A program made the translations under genes and the position numbers. Shown here in pieces: positions 48,054-57,262 of a stretch of DNA of 64,000 nt. This stretch comes from Acidobacteriota bacterium. Its GTDB lineage: Bacteria; Acidobacteriota; UBA6911; RPQK01; JAJDTT01. Position 1 is the first letter of the stretch; every line of letters starts with the position of its first letter. The notes under the pieces were generated by a model. The model saw nothing but the letters and a program-made list of their open reading frames with translations. It was not told where the DNA came from and ran no database searches. Location: assembly GCA_965209055.1 (NCBI GenBank), contig OZ242374.1, positions 3,872,001-3,936,000 on the forward strand, given 5' to 3'.

Positions 48054-48866
48054 GCCTACCACTATACCTACCACCATATGGTGGATGCAAGGGGATGGAG
48101 TGGATCGGTATGGGACAAGTTCGGATGTCCGAACTAGTGTTAAATCAACTAAATATAGACACTTATGGACAATTCTGGACTTACCTGGACAATGTATCCG
48201 ATTCAATCAAGGATTCCTTGCGGGAAGGATTCGAGGAGGCTTGACCGACTATCCCGAGTGCCAGGACTGTGTGGCCATTTATTCGGAGTTCACCATGTGG
48301 CGAACCAGCGAAACCGAGATTTTGGACAAAGACAATAGGTTTACGACAAGCGGATCTGTACCGGGAACTCCAGAAACCGGAGATTCAGGCCCTGTTCAAG
48401 GAGAATCCGCACTGCTCCGAGTCGGTCCCCGGACCGGGCCTCGGTTCAGCGTCCCCAGGCTTCGACTCGATCCCCGAGCCGGGTTGGAGACGCATCGGAC
48501 TCTTGCGTCGCCACCGATAGCGTTTTCGGGCAAGATTTCATAATACTGTCAGCAAATTGCGAGCATTGTCATATTAGGGTCACTTCTTCCATATACACCC
48601 GCACCTTCTGTACGATATCCTTTGAATCTCATGTGAAGCGGCGGCGGCGGGTAGATCCTACTGCTATACGCTGTCGGGTCCAGCGGAGGTTGTGTGTCTC
48701 GCGTTAGTGGAGGTCGCGCGGAAGAAGTGCTTGGATCGTTGCTAGCCGAACAGTAATCGCACCCACACGGGGAAGGGTATGACCTCAGCCTTTCGACCCG
48801 GCCCCGGTGCGATGTCCGGGAGGCGGTATCGAACCTCGCCGCCCCCTTGGATTTGAAGGAGAAGAA

Positions 48867-49370
48867 ATGAAGTTACATCTGGAGCGAGCGTTGTTCATGA
48901 TCGGAAGGCAGTACACAGGGAAGAACACGCAATTGCTTAGCCTGAAGGAATTGATCGCAGGAAGGACAACTAGGCGGCGGCGATTTGACCTTGGAAACAA
49001 TCGATGGCTCTACGTCCGTTCTGGTTCGCCACAAGAAGAAGGACAGGACTTGGACGATTTTCTTCTAGCATGCGCCCGTCATATGCAACCCAGAAGCTAC
49101 CAGTGGAATTATGCCTGCGCCATGCAATCGAATCCTGGTACGAATATCGGCGGTGCGGTCAGTACGATCAAGGCTTTCAAAAACGAGTTTTCTCCAGGCC
49201 GTGTCTGTGCGGTGATCTTGTGTCCCGACTGGCGAGGCAACCGATTTCCCGAAGAGAGAAAATCGTTGATTACGCGCCTATCGGACATAGGTGTATCCGA
49301 AATCCTAACAGTGGATGCCAGAAAGCGACATTCGAACGGACCACAATACGCCGGGTTCTTCGGCATTTGA
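48867..49370 (+). CDS. Hypothetical protein with P-loop-like motif
   Basis: AAGGAG RBS and an N-terminal hydrophobic strand followed by GRQYTGKNT. Confidence 0.55.
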   Translation: MKLHLERALFMIGRQYTGKNTQLLSLKELIAGRTTRRRRFDLGNNRWLYVRSGSPQEEGQDLDDFLLACARHMQPRSYQWNYACAMQSNPGTNIGGAVSTIKAFKNEFSPGRVCAVILCPDWRGNRFPEERKSLITRLSDIGVSEILTVDARKRHSNGPQYAGFFGI

Positions 49371-49548
49371 ATGTCTGTTGACGATTAGTGAGAATCTCCT
49401 TGATGAACACTTTCCTGATCTCCCTAGCGGTTCCAAATCAGGAGGTTTCCTCCCGGATCAAATCCAAATTCCCAAAGTCCTTCGAGTACACGTCGTGGAC
49501 ACTGGCACCCGCTGAGAGGGAGCACCGACAAGGCAAGTTGGGCGCGGG

Positions 49549-49899
49549 ATGAGATCTGAATTCGTTGTCCTCGCCATTTTCGTTTGGTCTACACTCGCTG
49601 GCTGCGGTACCTCGACGCCTGGCTGCGGCGATGAAGAGACTCTCAATCTCGTTAAGGAAATTGCCTCACGGGAACTCAGCGCCCCTGGCAGGTTGATGCG
49701 TGGCAGGAAGATTGAAGTTTCCGCCTCTGAGATTGAGCTTAGCTACGTCAGCATAGTTGCTCATGACAAGGAATTGGACATCTACTCCTGTTCCGCCAGT
49801 TTGGACTGGAAGGAGCTATCGTTGCCAATTCAGTTTGATGTTCGACCATCGGCGACTGACCCGACCCAATTCGTTGTCCAAGTCTATGGGCTGCGGTGA
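49549..49899 (+). CDS. Small lipoprotein
   Basis: Signal peptide with LAGC lipobox and a further Cys pair. Confidence 0.7.
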   Translation: MRSEFVVLAIFVWSTLAGCGTSTPGCGDEETLNLVKEIASRELSAPGRLMRGRKIEVSASEIELSYVSIVAHDKELDIYSCSASLDWKELSLPIQFDVRPSATDPTQFVVQVYGLR

Positions 49900-50110
49900 T
49901 TTCCCGGCGGCATTCGAGAATTAGGAACTAGCTTAGGAGAGACCATGGCGAATTGCTGGGTCGTAGGAGCATTTGTGGATGGCGACCCTGAGCCGGTTCC
50001 AGAGAGTTGCCTGCTTCCTCCCGCCGCCGATCCGACGGCGTAACTGGGAGTCTGAAGGACTGGTCCCTCAGTCCTTGCGGGAAAAAGAGGGAGCCCGAGG
50101 GGGAAAACCC

Positions 50111-50355
50111 ATGACTGACCTGATTGACGTTGCATTTGTTGTGGGCATTCTGATTTTTTAGTCGGACCCGCATGGATAGCCGTACGAGCCTTTGAGTTTT
50201 CCGCTCGCTCGCTCATACGTTCCGATCATGCCAATGATGATGACTCGCCCCGGACATGGCTCCAGCGCCTCGGGACGGCTATTGGTGTCGTCCTTGCCGT
50301 GATTTTGGTCATTGCCAGTTCGGTCATCGGTGCTCATAAGCGGGGCGAGAGTTGA
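50111..50355 (+). pseudogene. Frameshifted small 2-TM protein
   Basis: MTDLIDVAFVVGILIF* continues as VGPAWIAV...AIGVVLAVILVIASSVIG if one T is added to the T6 run at about 50154-50159. Confidence 0.45.
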
Positions 50356-50594
50356 TGACGCAATCCCGTGATTGGCGCACCGAATATGAGGCGCAAGCTT
50401 CGGCAATCCGCGGCGCCATGGGAAACGGCGAATGGGCGAAGGCGTACGATCTGTGCGACTCATTCGTGCACTGGCATAAGCTACGGGCCAGTGAGACTAA
50501 TGAACACCCGCTAACCTTGCGCGGTCGTTTGATCTGGGTTTACCGACTTCGCAATCAGATTCGGAAAAAGATGTCTCCTGCCCAGAGACAATAG
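50355..50594 (+). CDS. Small hypothetical protein
   Basis: TGATG coupling to the upstream remnant. Confidence 0.4.
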   Translation: MTQSRDWRTEYEAQASAIRGAMGNGEWAKAYDLCDSFVHWHKLRASETNEHPLTLRGRLIWVYRLRNQIRKKMSPAQRQ

Positions 50595-50725
50595 CGAGCC
50601 AGGGGCCCATCACTGCGAACGTTGCGAGGACCTCACCGAGACCGTCTGGCGCTGGATGGAGACGTGCCCCTGCCGGAGGCGCACTGTCGGGAACAGGCCG
50701 AGAAAAGGGACGGATAAATCAGACT

Positions 50726-50938
50726 ATGGTGAGCGACAGACAACGTCCTCCCCAGCGTGGTAGGAATGTCAGTATTGGTGGGGTTATCGGTACAGCTATT
50801 GGTGGGGTCATCGGCGGGGTCATCGGCTGGGCAATGGGCTACTCGCTCGGCAGAGTCGTCGGTACCGCGTTAGGTTTCGGGTTGGGGGCTGGGCTGGCGG
50901 CGCTGGTGCATCTTTGGGTTCGGGGTCGTTGCAACTGA
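50726..50938 (+). CDS. Small glycine-zipper membrane protein
   Basis: IGGVIGTAIGGVIGGVIG GxxxG repeats. Confidence 0.55.
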   Translation: MVSDRQRPPQRGRNVSIGGVIGTAIGGVIGGVIGWAMGYSLGRVVGTALGFGLGAGLAALVHLWVRGRCN

Positions 50939-51026
50939 GGATTCTCCCCCGGTCTCCGGCGGCTTGATCCACTCTCCCGGACAGATACACATATTTTCAG
51001 TTGTCGTGCTCAAGGACGGTCCCGAT

Positions 51027-51494
51027 ATGAATTTTCTCGAGCAGATCACGGCAGAATATTTTGGGCTAAGGGGCTTCTGGGTTAGGGTTCGTGAACCGTG
51101 GCCGGATGGTCGGCGCGGCGACCTGGACGTGCTGGCCTATGATGCCAAAACGGATCGACTATTCCATATCGAGTGCGGAGGCAATGGCGACGCCGAAAAC
51201 CTGAAAAAGCTCAAGGACTCGAAGTTCGAGTGTGGCGCATTTTACCGGCGGCATTTCCAGTGCGAGCGAGTAGTGCGCCTTGCGGTTTCCGGGTGGGGCC
51301 GTGAGAAATCTGAAGCCCGCGCCAAGGAATATCAACAGCACGAAATTTGTCTTATGAGCGTCGGTGAGCTCATGACTGAAATTCGCTCCTACATTGAGTC
51401 CGATTGGTGGCCGCCCCGCGACCGGGCGATCCGGCAGTATCCGATTCTGCGCGGGATCCAGGAGACGTTGCGATACACGGGGAACCGACGGTGA
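51027..51494 (+). CDS. PD-(D/E)xK nuclease-fold protein
   Basis: LEQITAEYF..RGF, GDLDVLA and FHIEC (usual ExK lysine absent). Confidence 0.6.
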   Translation: MNFLEQITAEYFGLRGFWVRVREPWPDGRRGDLDVLAYDAKTDRLFHIECGGNGDAENLKKLKDSKFECGAFYRRHFQCERVVRLAVSGWGREKSEARAKEYQQHEICLMSVGELMTEIRSYIESDWWPPRDRAIRQYPILRGIQETLRYTGNRR

Positions 51495-51765
51495 TCTGCT
51501 TTATCGTTCCCTCATCCGATCCCAGAGGGCCGGCCGCTTTCTCCCGCCGCCGATCCGCCGCCTCCGGACTCGCGAACCGCGCATGTAGGCAACCTGACCC
51601 AACTGGGCTTTGTCCCCTGGAGGCAGCGCCGGTAGAAGTCCTCGACCCTAACTAGCTGTTATTTCCCCTCTTCATGCTCCCACAAGTCTATGGAGACTAC
51701 CCCACTACCGTCTAGTTCGCCTTGGTGAGAGATAAGCCGCTGCTGCCCTGCAAGGACCGCGCTGC

Positions 51766-51955
51766 CTATTGGGGGAGGAAGGGAACCGAAGGCACAGATG
51801 GCTCGACAATGAGGACGCCCCGCGCCAGCCCGTAGTTGAGACGCGGCCACGCCTCCTCGATCTTCTTCAACTCGCTCAGCGACTTCTTGCGAAAGTCATA
51901 GACGGCCGCTTTGTCACCCGCCGTGGAGGGGTTCATCCCAAACTGGCGGTAGATT
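51766..51955 (-). pseudogene. C-terminal relic of a plasmid-type RepA replication protein
   Basis: YRQFG...FRKKSLSELKKIEEAWP.LNY....GVLIVEPS resembles the recalled RepA_C C-terminus. No matching 5' part is present. Confidence 0.55.
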
Positions 51956-52065
51956 CCTCCGCCCGGTCTTCGCCCTGGAGGACTTGAACGCCTACGCCGA
52001 TTCTCTGGAGCCGTGGTACGATTCGCACCACGGCGAAGAACCCGGATCCAGAAAGGAGGAGATGC

Positions 52066-53172
52066 ATGGGCATCTATAAGGTGAAGGATCGCCGGGGGAG
52101 ACGACGTTTCGTCGTCAGCAAGTACTGGCCGCATGGATCCGGTCGGCTCCGAATGTACGCCCCCAATTACCGGAGCGCGCAGGCGCTTCAAACACGAATC
52201 GAGTCCAGCATCCTGGACGGCACATGGAAGCAGCTCAAGCGGGAACTGGCCGGTGGGAACCGCACCGTCTGGACGGTCCGGAGCTTCTACGAGCGTTTCT
52301 TCGAGGAGTACTGCAAACCTCGCATGCGCTCCCGGCGTCGCTATGCGCTCTCGTTCAAGAGCCTCAACGCCGTGCTGGGGCACATTCCCCTGAAGGAGTT
52401 CCAACGCAAAGACCTGTACCGCTACGTCGCCAAGAGGAAGAAGCAAGTGCAGCCGGCCACGGTGAACCGGGACATTGCCGCCATCAGCAAACTGTTTTCC
52501 TTTGCGCTGGAGTGCGGAGAGGTGGACACGCACCCGCTGGTGAGATTCCCCAAACTCAAAGAACCCAAGAAGGTCTTCCGGCCATTGACGGTTCAACAGT
52601 TCCGCGACCTGGTCGAGGCGATGGACAACCCTTACCTGCAAGCCATGGTTTCGGTGATCGGCGAGACGGGGATACGGAAAGGCGAAGCGTTGTCGCTCAC
52701 CTGGAAACGGGTGGACCTATCCCGGAGGCTGCTATGGGTGGAATTCACCAAGAACGACGAGCCGAGGGAGATCCCGCTGTCGAAGTACGCCGCAGGATAC
52801 CTGACCGGGCTGGTTCGCTACCTGAGCACCCCATACGTCTTCGTCAACACCCGGACGGGGACGAAATGGGTGAATCCGGACAAGCCCTTGCGCCGGGCCG
52901 CCGATCGGTTGGGGTTGAAGGTCGGCTTTCACGACCTGAGACGATTCCGGTGCAGCCACTGGCTGATGCAGGGGGTGGACGTGAGGACGGTGCAGAAGCT
53001 GATGGGCCACTCCTCGATCAGCACGACGATGCGCTACGCAGGTTACGTCAGTTCTCATGCGCTTGCCAGCATACGGGAGGCACAGGCTACCGAAGACTCA
53101 CAAATGCTATCGGCAACAAACAGGCAACGGGCAGGAAATGGGAGGAACGATTTGAGAGGAGCATCGGGATAA
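52066..53172 (+). CDS. Tyrosine integrase (phage-like)
   Basis: AGGAGG RBS. PATVNRD, TGIRKGE, TKN, FHDLR, MGH and TMRY are intact. Confidence 0.93.
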   Translation: MGIYKVKDRRGRRRFVVSKYWPHGSGRLRMYAPNYRSAQALQTRIESSILDGTWKQLKRELAGGNRTVWTVRSFYERFFEEYCKPRMRSRRRYALSFKSLNAVLGHIPLKEFQRKDLYRYVAKRKKQVQPATVNRDIAAISKLFSFALECGEVDTHPLVRFPKLKEPKKVFRPLTVQQFRDLVEAMDNPYLQAMVSVIGETGIRKGEALSLTWKRVDLSRRLLWVEFTKNDEPREIPLSKYAAGYLTGLVRYLSTPYVFVNTRTGTKWVNPDKPLRRAADRLGLKVGFHDLRRFRCSHWLMQGVDVRTVQKLMGHSSISTTMRYAGYVSSHALASIREAQATEDSQMLSATNRQRAGNGRNDLRGASG

Positions 53173-53192
53173 CCTGTTGAAAGGAAAGGATC

Positions 53193-53226
53193 AGTCCCGT
53201 AGCTTAGCAGGACAGAGCGGCGGACT
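53193..53226 (+). other. 5' half of a tRNA (Arg-like), att-site remnant
   Basis: AGTCCCG-TA-GCTT-AGCAGGACA-GAGC-G-GCGGA-CT gives the acceptor strand, D-arm and 5' anticodon stem. There is no anticodon or 3' half. Confidence 0.7.
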
Positions 53227-53240
53227 AACAGTCCCCCCTC

Positions 53241-54452
53241 CTATGGACCCAGGTTCCGCCACCAGCGCAGCTCCAGACCCCTCTCGTTCACCGCGACGAC
53301 GTCGGACCACCCGTTGCCGTCCATGTCGGCCACGATCACGGTGGCGCCCAGGATCCAGTGCTCCTTCAGCGGGTGCTTTTTCCAGGGATCTTTGGGATCT
53401 CCGGAATTCTCGAACCAGGCAATCTGCCCCTTCTGGCCGAAGCTGGTGGCCACCACGTCCAGATCGCCGTCCTTGTCCAGATCGTGGGGGACACCCTCGA
53501 AGCCGGACCAGAAACCTTCCTGGATGTTGTGCATGCGCCAGCGGTGACCCCGGCCCGGTTTGCCGGTGTTCTCGTACCAGACCAGGTAGTGGCGCTCCGG
53601 AGCATCTCTCCCCAGCAGCCCGCCCGCCATGATCAGATCCAGGTCGCCGTCCCGGTCGAGGTCGACAGGCGTGCCATGCATGGGCAGATGGCGGAGGCTG
53701 ATGACGTGCCGCCGCCAGGGACCGGCGGCCGGATGACCGCTGTTCTCGTACCAGAGGACCATGCCGGCCACGCGGGCCGAACCCACCAGGTCGATCAGGC
53801 CGTCTCCGTTGAAGTCGCCCGCGCGGATCATCCGGGTCTCGAACCGCCCTTCGTCCACGACGTGGGCGGGCCACTCTTCGTGCTGCCACGGACCGGGATT
53901 CCGATACCAGGTAAACTTGTTCCCGAGCCGCCAACTGGAAGCCGCTACGTCCGGGCGGCCGTCCCCGTCCAGATCGGCCACGTCCACGTCGTAGGCCCCC
54001 ATGAGGCCGCCGCTGGTGATGGAGTGTCTTTTCCACGATTCGGTCTGTGCCGGGTTGCCCGGATTCTCGAACCAGAAGACGTCGCCGTAAAAATTGTCGA
54101 TCCCGACCAGATCGATATGCCCGTCCTGGTTGATGTCCGCCAGCCGGTGCCGTTCGTAACGGCCTTGCCAGTCCTCGTTGGCGATGTAATGGCGCCGGAA
54201 CTTGCCGGACCCGTCGTTCTCGTACCAATAGAAGGCGTTGTGGATGCGGGATCCCTTGGTCCCGCAATCGGAGCTGGAAAGATCCAGGTCGCCGTCGCCG
54301 TCCAGGTCGGCCGCGGCCACGGCATAGGCGTAGGTGTAGTCGTTGGAGATGAGGTGTTCCTCGAACTTCAGGTCCTTCGCCTGGAGGGCCAGGCTCGCGG
54401 TGGCGAGTCCGAGAAAAATTCCATAGGAACTCCGATATCCGGTCCAGTTCAT
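53241..54452 (-). CDS. Exported FG-GAP/VCBS repeat protein
   Basis: GGAGG RBS, signal peptide and about 7 D.DGDG..D / WYEN repeats. Confidence 0.88.
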   Translation of the reverse strand: MNWTGYRSSYGIFLGLATASLALQAKDLKFEEHLISNDYTYAYAVAAADLDGDGDLDLSSSDCGTKGSRIHNAFYWYENDGSGKFRRHYIANEDWQGRYERHRLADINQDGHIDLVGIDNFYGDVFWFENPGNPAQTESWKRHSITSGGLMGAYDVDVADLDGDGRPDVAASSWRLGNKFTWYRNPGPWQHEEWPAHVVDEGRFETRMIRAGDFNGDGLIDLVGSARVAGMVLWYENSGHPAAGPWRRHVISLRHLPMHGTPVDLDRDGDLDLIMAGGLLGRDAPERHYLVWYENTGKPGRGHRWRMHNIQEGFWSGFEGVPHDLDKDGDLDVVATSFGQKGQIAWFENSGDPKDPWKKHPLKEHWILGATVIVADMDGNGWSDVVAVNERGLELRWWRNLGP

Positions 54453-54627
54453 GGCGCCTCCCGTTGTCTTGCAGCTAACCCGGATTATCGTCCGGATCGC
54501 TGAGCACATGATGCAAGAGATCATCTCAAGTCTGAAGTTTGAATCAAGTATTTCGACGAACGAATGCAACTTTCGCCGGCCTTCGGGGTTTCCTATATGA
54601 CGATGATTCCGCAGACGCCGGAGCAAT

Positions 54628-55170
54628 ATGGTCGACAACAGCGCGTTTGAGACGTTCGTCTACGAGCACCAGGATCGGGTCTTCGGCATCGCCGTGCGGT
54701 TGCTGGGGAACGAGACCGAAGCCGAAGACGTGTCCCAGACGGTGTTTCTGAGGGCGTTCGAACACTTCGACCGGCTGGGCGACAACCCCGCTGCGGGAGG
54801 TTGGCTGCGAACCGTGACCACGAACCTGTGCCTGAACCATCTCTCCCGGTATCGGGCTCGCTGGCGATTGTTCAGTCAGCGTTCGACCGCCGGAGCGGCG
54901 GCCGGACGGAGTTACGAAGAGAGGATGGTGGCGCCGGGATCGCAGGCCGAAGACTTGGAACGTGCCGGCGAGCAGGCGCGGTTGGAGCAGGGAATTCGTG
55001 GGTTGCCGCCTCACCAGCGGGTGCCTCTGGTGCTGTTTCATTTCGAGGATCGAAGCTATAAGGAAATCGCCGGAATCCTGGACGTTACCCTGGCCAAGGT
55101 CAAGACCGACATTCACCGGGGCCGCCAGGCTCTCCGCCGCTTGATGGAGACGGATGATGAAGCACGATGA
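54628..55170 (+). CDS. ECF sigma factor
   Basis: AEDVSQ, WLRTVTTNL, SYKEIA and VKTDIHRGR. Confidence 0.92.
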   Translation: MVDNSAFETFVYEHQDRVFGIAVRLLGNETEAEDVSQTVFLRAFEHFDRLGDNPAAGGWLRTVTTNLCLNHLSRYRARWRLFSQRSTAGAAAGRSYEERMVAPGSQAEDLERAGEQARLEQGIRGLPPHQRVPLVLFHFEDRSYKEIAGILDVTLAKVKTDIHRGRQALRRLMETDDEAR

Positions 55171-55609
55171 TTTGGAGTCCCTGACCCATCGAAGGCTGGC
55201 CGAACTCCAGCCGCCGCGGGCGCCGCGAACGCTCGCTCCGCGGGTGATGGCTCAGATTCGGAGACGGCAGCAGAGCCCTTGGTATGGCCAACCCTGGATC
55301 GCATGGCCGTGGGTGTGCCAAGTGGTGTCGGTTACCTTTCTCTTGGGACTCTCCGGTTTGGCTTGGTACTTGCTGAATTGGAGGGCTGGCGTTTCCGATG
55401 TTTTGGGGGCCGGAGGAGTGGAGACCAGCATAGTGGCCGTCACCGATGCGGTTGTCACGCTGGCGGAGAGTGCGCGCGTCCTGCAGCGTGTGATTCTGGA
55501 ACCGGTTGCCGGACATCTCATGTTCGTGATGGCATTTTTGGGTATGGCGAGCGCGTTGCTCTGTGCGGCGCTGGCTCGTTTGCTCCAGGAAAGGGAGGCT
55601 GGACGATGA
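55154..55609 (+). CDS. Putative membrane anti-sigma factor
   Basis: Overlaps the sigma gene. APRTLAPRVM followed by two TM helices. Confidence 0.65.
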   Translation: MMKHDDLESLTHRRLAELQPPRAPRTLAPRVMAQIRRRQQSPWYGQPWIAWPWVCQVVSVTFLLGLSGLAWYLLNWRAGVSDVLGAGGVETSIVAVTDAVVTLAESARVLQRVILEPVAGHLMFVMAFLGMASALLCAALARLLQEREAGR

Positions 55610-57084
55610 AGATCGCTTGGGGAGTTTCGGGACTTATGGTGGTGGCGCTGGTGGGTTTTTCTGCTGGCTGTGGCGACGATTCCGGCGGCCCTGATTCGCC
55701 GCCGATTCCAGGGGTGCTCGAGATCGGCGGTGATGACGGTGAGGTCGTCAAGATCGGAGGGAACTACGTTCTCCGAAGCGACCAGGAGGTCGGAGAGCTC
55801 GTCGTGATCTCAGGTATGGCGCGGATCGAAGGGACGGTCAGAGATGAAATGGTGGTCATTGCCGGCGGAGCGACGCTCGCCGGCAGCGCCCGCGTCCAAG
55901 GCGACGCCGTGGTCTTGGGAGGAACGGTCAGGGTGGAGGAAGGAGCCACCGTAGAAGGAGATTTGGTGGTTCTCGGCGGCGGTGTGGATGTGCCCCCGAA
56001 CTTCGAACCGGGTGGGGAGCAGGTCTCTGTCGGGACGATCCCAGCGGGCGGGATATTGGCAGAATTGATTCCCTGGTTCACCCACGGACTGTTGATTGGC
56101 CGCCCGATCGTGCCGAGTCTTCTCTGGATCTGGGTTGTGGTCGGGGTTCTGGCAGTCTTGTACCTGCTGATCAATTTTATTTTCCCGGGTCCGGTCCACG
56201 CCTGCGCACAGGCTCTGGAGGACAAACCGCTGAGTGTGGGTCTGGTGGGAATGTTGGTGGTGCTGCTGATCGCGCCGGTCTCGCTGATGCTGACAGTGAC
56301 CGTCATCGGGCTGGTGCTGATCCCATTCCTTTGGGTCTTGCTTCTGGTCGCCGGCCTCGTCGGTAGCGTAGCCGTTGCCCGCTGGATCGGAGCCCGAATT
56401 CTGGCCGAGGAATCTCCGGAGAACCGGGTCGAGGCGGCGCGGTCGCTGCTTATCGGATTTGCCTTGATCACTCTGGTCTACATGGTTCCGGTTCTCGGCT
56501 TCGTGGCATGGTCCGTGTTGGGCGTGTTGGCGTTGGGCGCTGCGGCAACCGAATCCTTTGCAGGGTTGCGGAAAGAGCATCCGGCTGCTCCGTCTCCGCC
56601 CGCGCCGCCCCCGGCTCCTACCGACATTGAACCGGCGGGTGCCGGAGCCTTGGAATCCCCGGAAATTACGCCACTCCCAGACGAACCCGCGCCGGCGGTA
56701 GACCTCTCGGCGTTTCCCCGTGCGAGATTTCTTGCCCGGGTCGGAGCGCTCCTGATCGATCTCGCCATGGTGGCCTTCGTCACGTACCTACTGGAGATAC
56801 ATGGTGGGAAGACGATTCTGCTTTTGCTGATCTACCGCATCGCTCACTGGAGTTTGAGGGGAACGACTGTCGGCGGCATCATCTGCCGGTTGCGCGTCGT
56901 GCGCACCGATGGAGCACCGATCCGCTTCGCCGAGGCGGCGGTGCGCGGACTCGCCACCATTCTTTCGACGTTGGTCGTGGGACTGGGTTGGCTCTGGATT
57001 CTCTGGGATGCGGAGCGTCAGGCATGGCACGACAAAATTGCGGGAACCGTCGTGGTCCGGGTCCCGTCCGATTGGCCCAGTTAG
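55606..57084 (+). CDS. Membrane protein with beta-solenoid repeats, TM bundle and C-terminal RDD domain
   Basis: ATGA overlap. V.GD.VV.GG repeats, and RDD motifs RVGALLID, LRVVRTDG and QAWHDKIAGT. Confidence 0.8.
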   Translation: MKIAWGVSGLMVVALVGFSAGCGDDSGGPDSPPIPGVLEIGGDDGEVVKIGGNYVLRSDQEVGELVVISGMARIEGTVRDEMVVIAGGATLAGSARVQGDAVVLGGTVRVEEGATVEGDLVVLGGGVDVPPNFEPGGEQVSVGTIPAGGILAELIPWFTHGLLIGRPIVPSLLWIWVVVGVLAVLYLLINFIFPGPVHACAQALEDKPLSVGLVGMLVVLLIAPVSLMLTVTVIGLVLIPFLWVLLLVAGLVGSVAVARWIGARILAEESPENRVEAARSLLIGFALITLVYMVPVLGFVAWSVLGVLALGAAATESFAGLRKEHPAAPSPPAPPPAPTDIEPAGAGALESPEITPLPDEPAPAVDLSAFPRARFLARVGALLIDLAMVAFVTYLLEIHGGKTILLLLIYRIAHWSLRGTTVGGIICRLRVVRTDGAPIRFAEAAVRGLATILSTLVVGLGWLWILWDAERQAWHDKIAGTVVVRVPSDWPS

Positions 57085-57109
57085 AAACTGAAGTGATACC
57101 AACCAACTC

Positions 57110-57140
57110 TCCGGAATCGGACAACCTGTCCGATTCCGGA
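57110..57140. terminator. Strong hairpin downstream of the sigma operon
   Basis: TCCGGAATCGGACA-ACC-TGTCCGATTCCGGA, a 14-bp perfect stem with no U-tract. Confidence 0.4.
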
Positions 57141-57262
57141 CACCTGAGACCGACTGAATATTGGGTCAGGCATTCCGGCGCTCATCGTCTTCTTGTTCCC
57201 GAACAGCTGACGTGAATTCATGAACGGTATGTCATGGTAGAGTTAATGGTAGAATATATGCC

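Larger units (their letters stand above)
32155..53235. mobile_element. Putative ~21-kb integrative island carrying type I-G CRISPR-Cas
   Basis: 14-bp direct repeat GGACTAACAGTCCC at 32155-32168 and 53222-53235. Shared GGCAACA(G/A)ACAGGCA motifs lie about 100 bp inside each end. A tyrosine integrase is at the right end, and the empty site restores a REP hairpin. Confidence 0.7.

Noticed and set aside
48600-48850. Possible structured RNA upstream of the P-loop gene
   Set aside because: Some short hairpins, but no recognisable family motif or second copy to support it.
49993-51562. 47-bp imperfect direct repeat (49993-50039, 51516-51562; 37/47) as integron attC sites
   Set aside because: There are no RYYYAAC/GTTRRRY boxes or attC fold. 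The minus strand reads RRIGGGRK..LW.R in both copies, suggesting relics of a coding sequence. Neither integrase shows an IntI-type insertion.
36518-53172. CRISPR-associated transposon (CAST)
   Set aside because: No TnsB/TnsC/TniQ. The Cas3 nuclease and the adaptation genes are intact, so there is no evidence of RNA-guided integration.
53193-53270. Intact tRNA gene
   Set aside because: No anticodon, T-arm or 3' acceptor strand is present.
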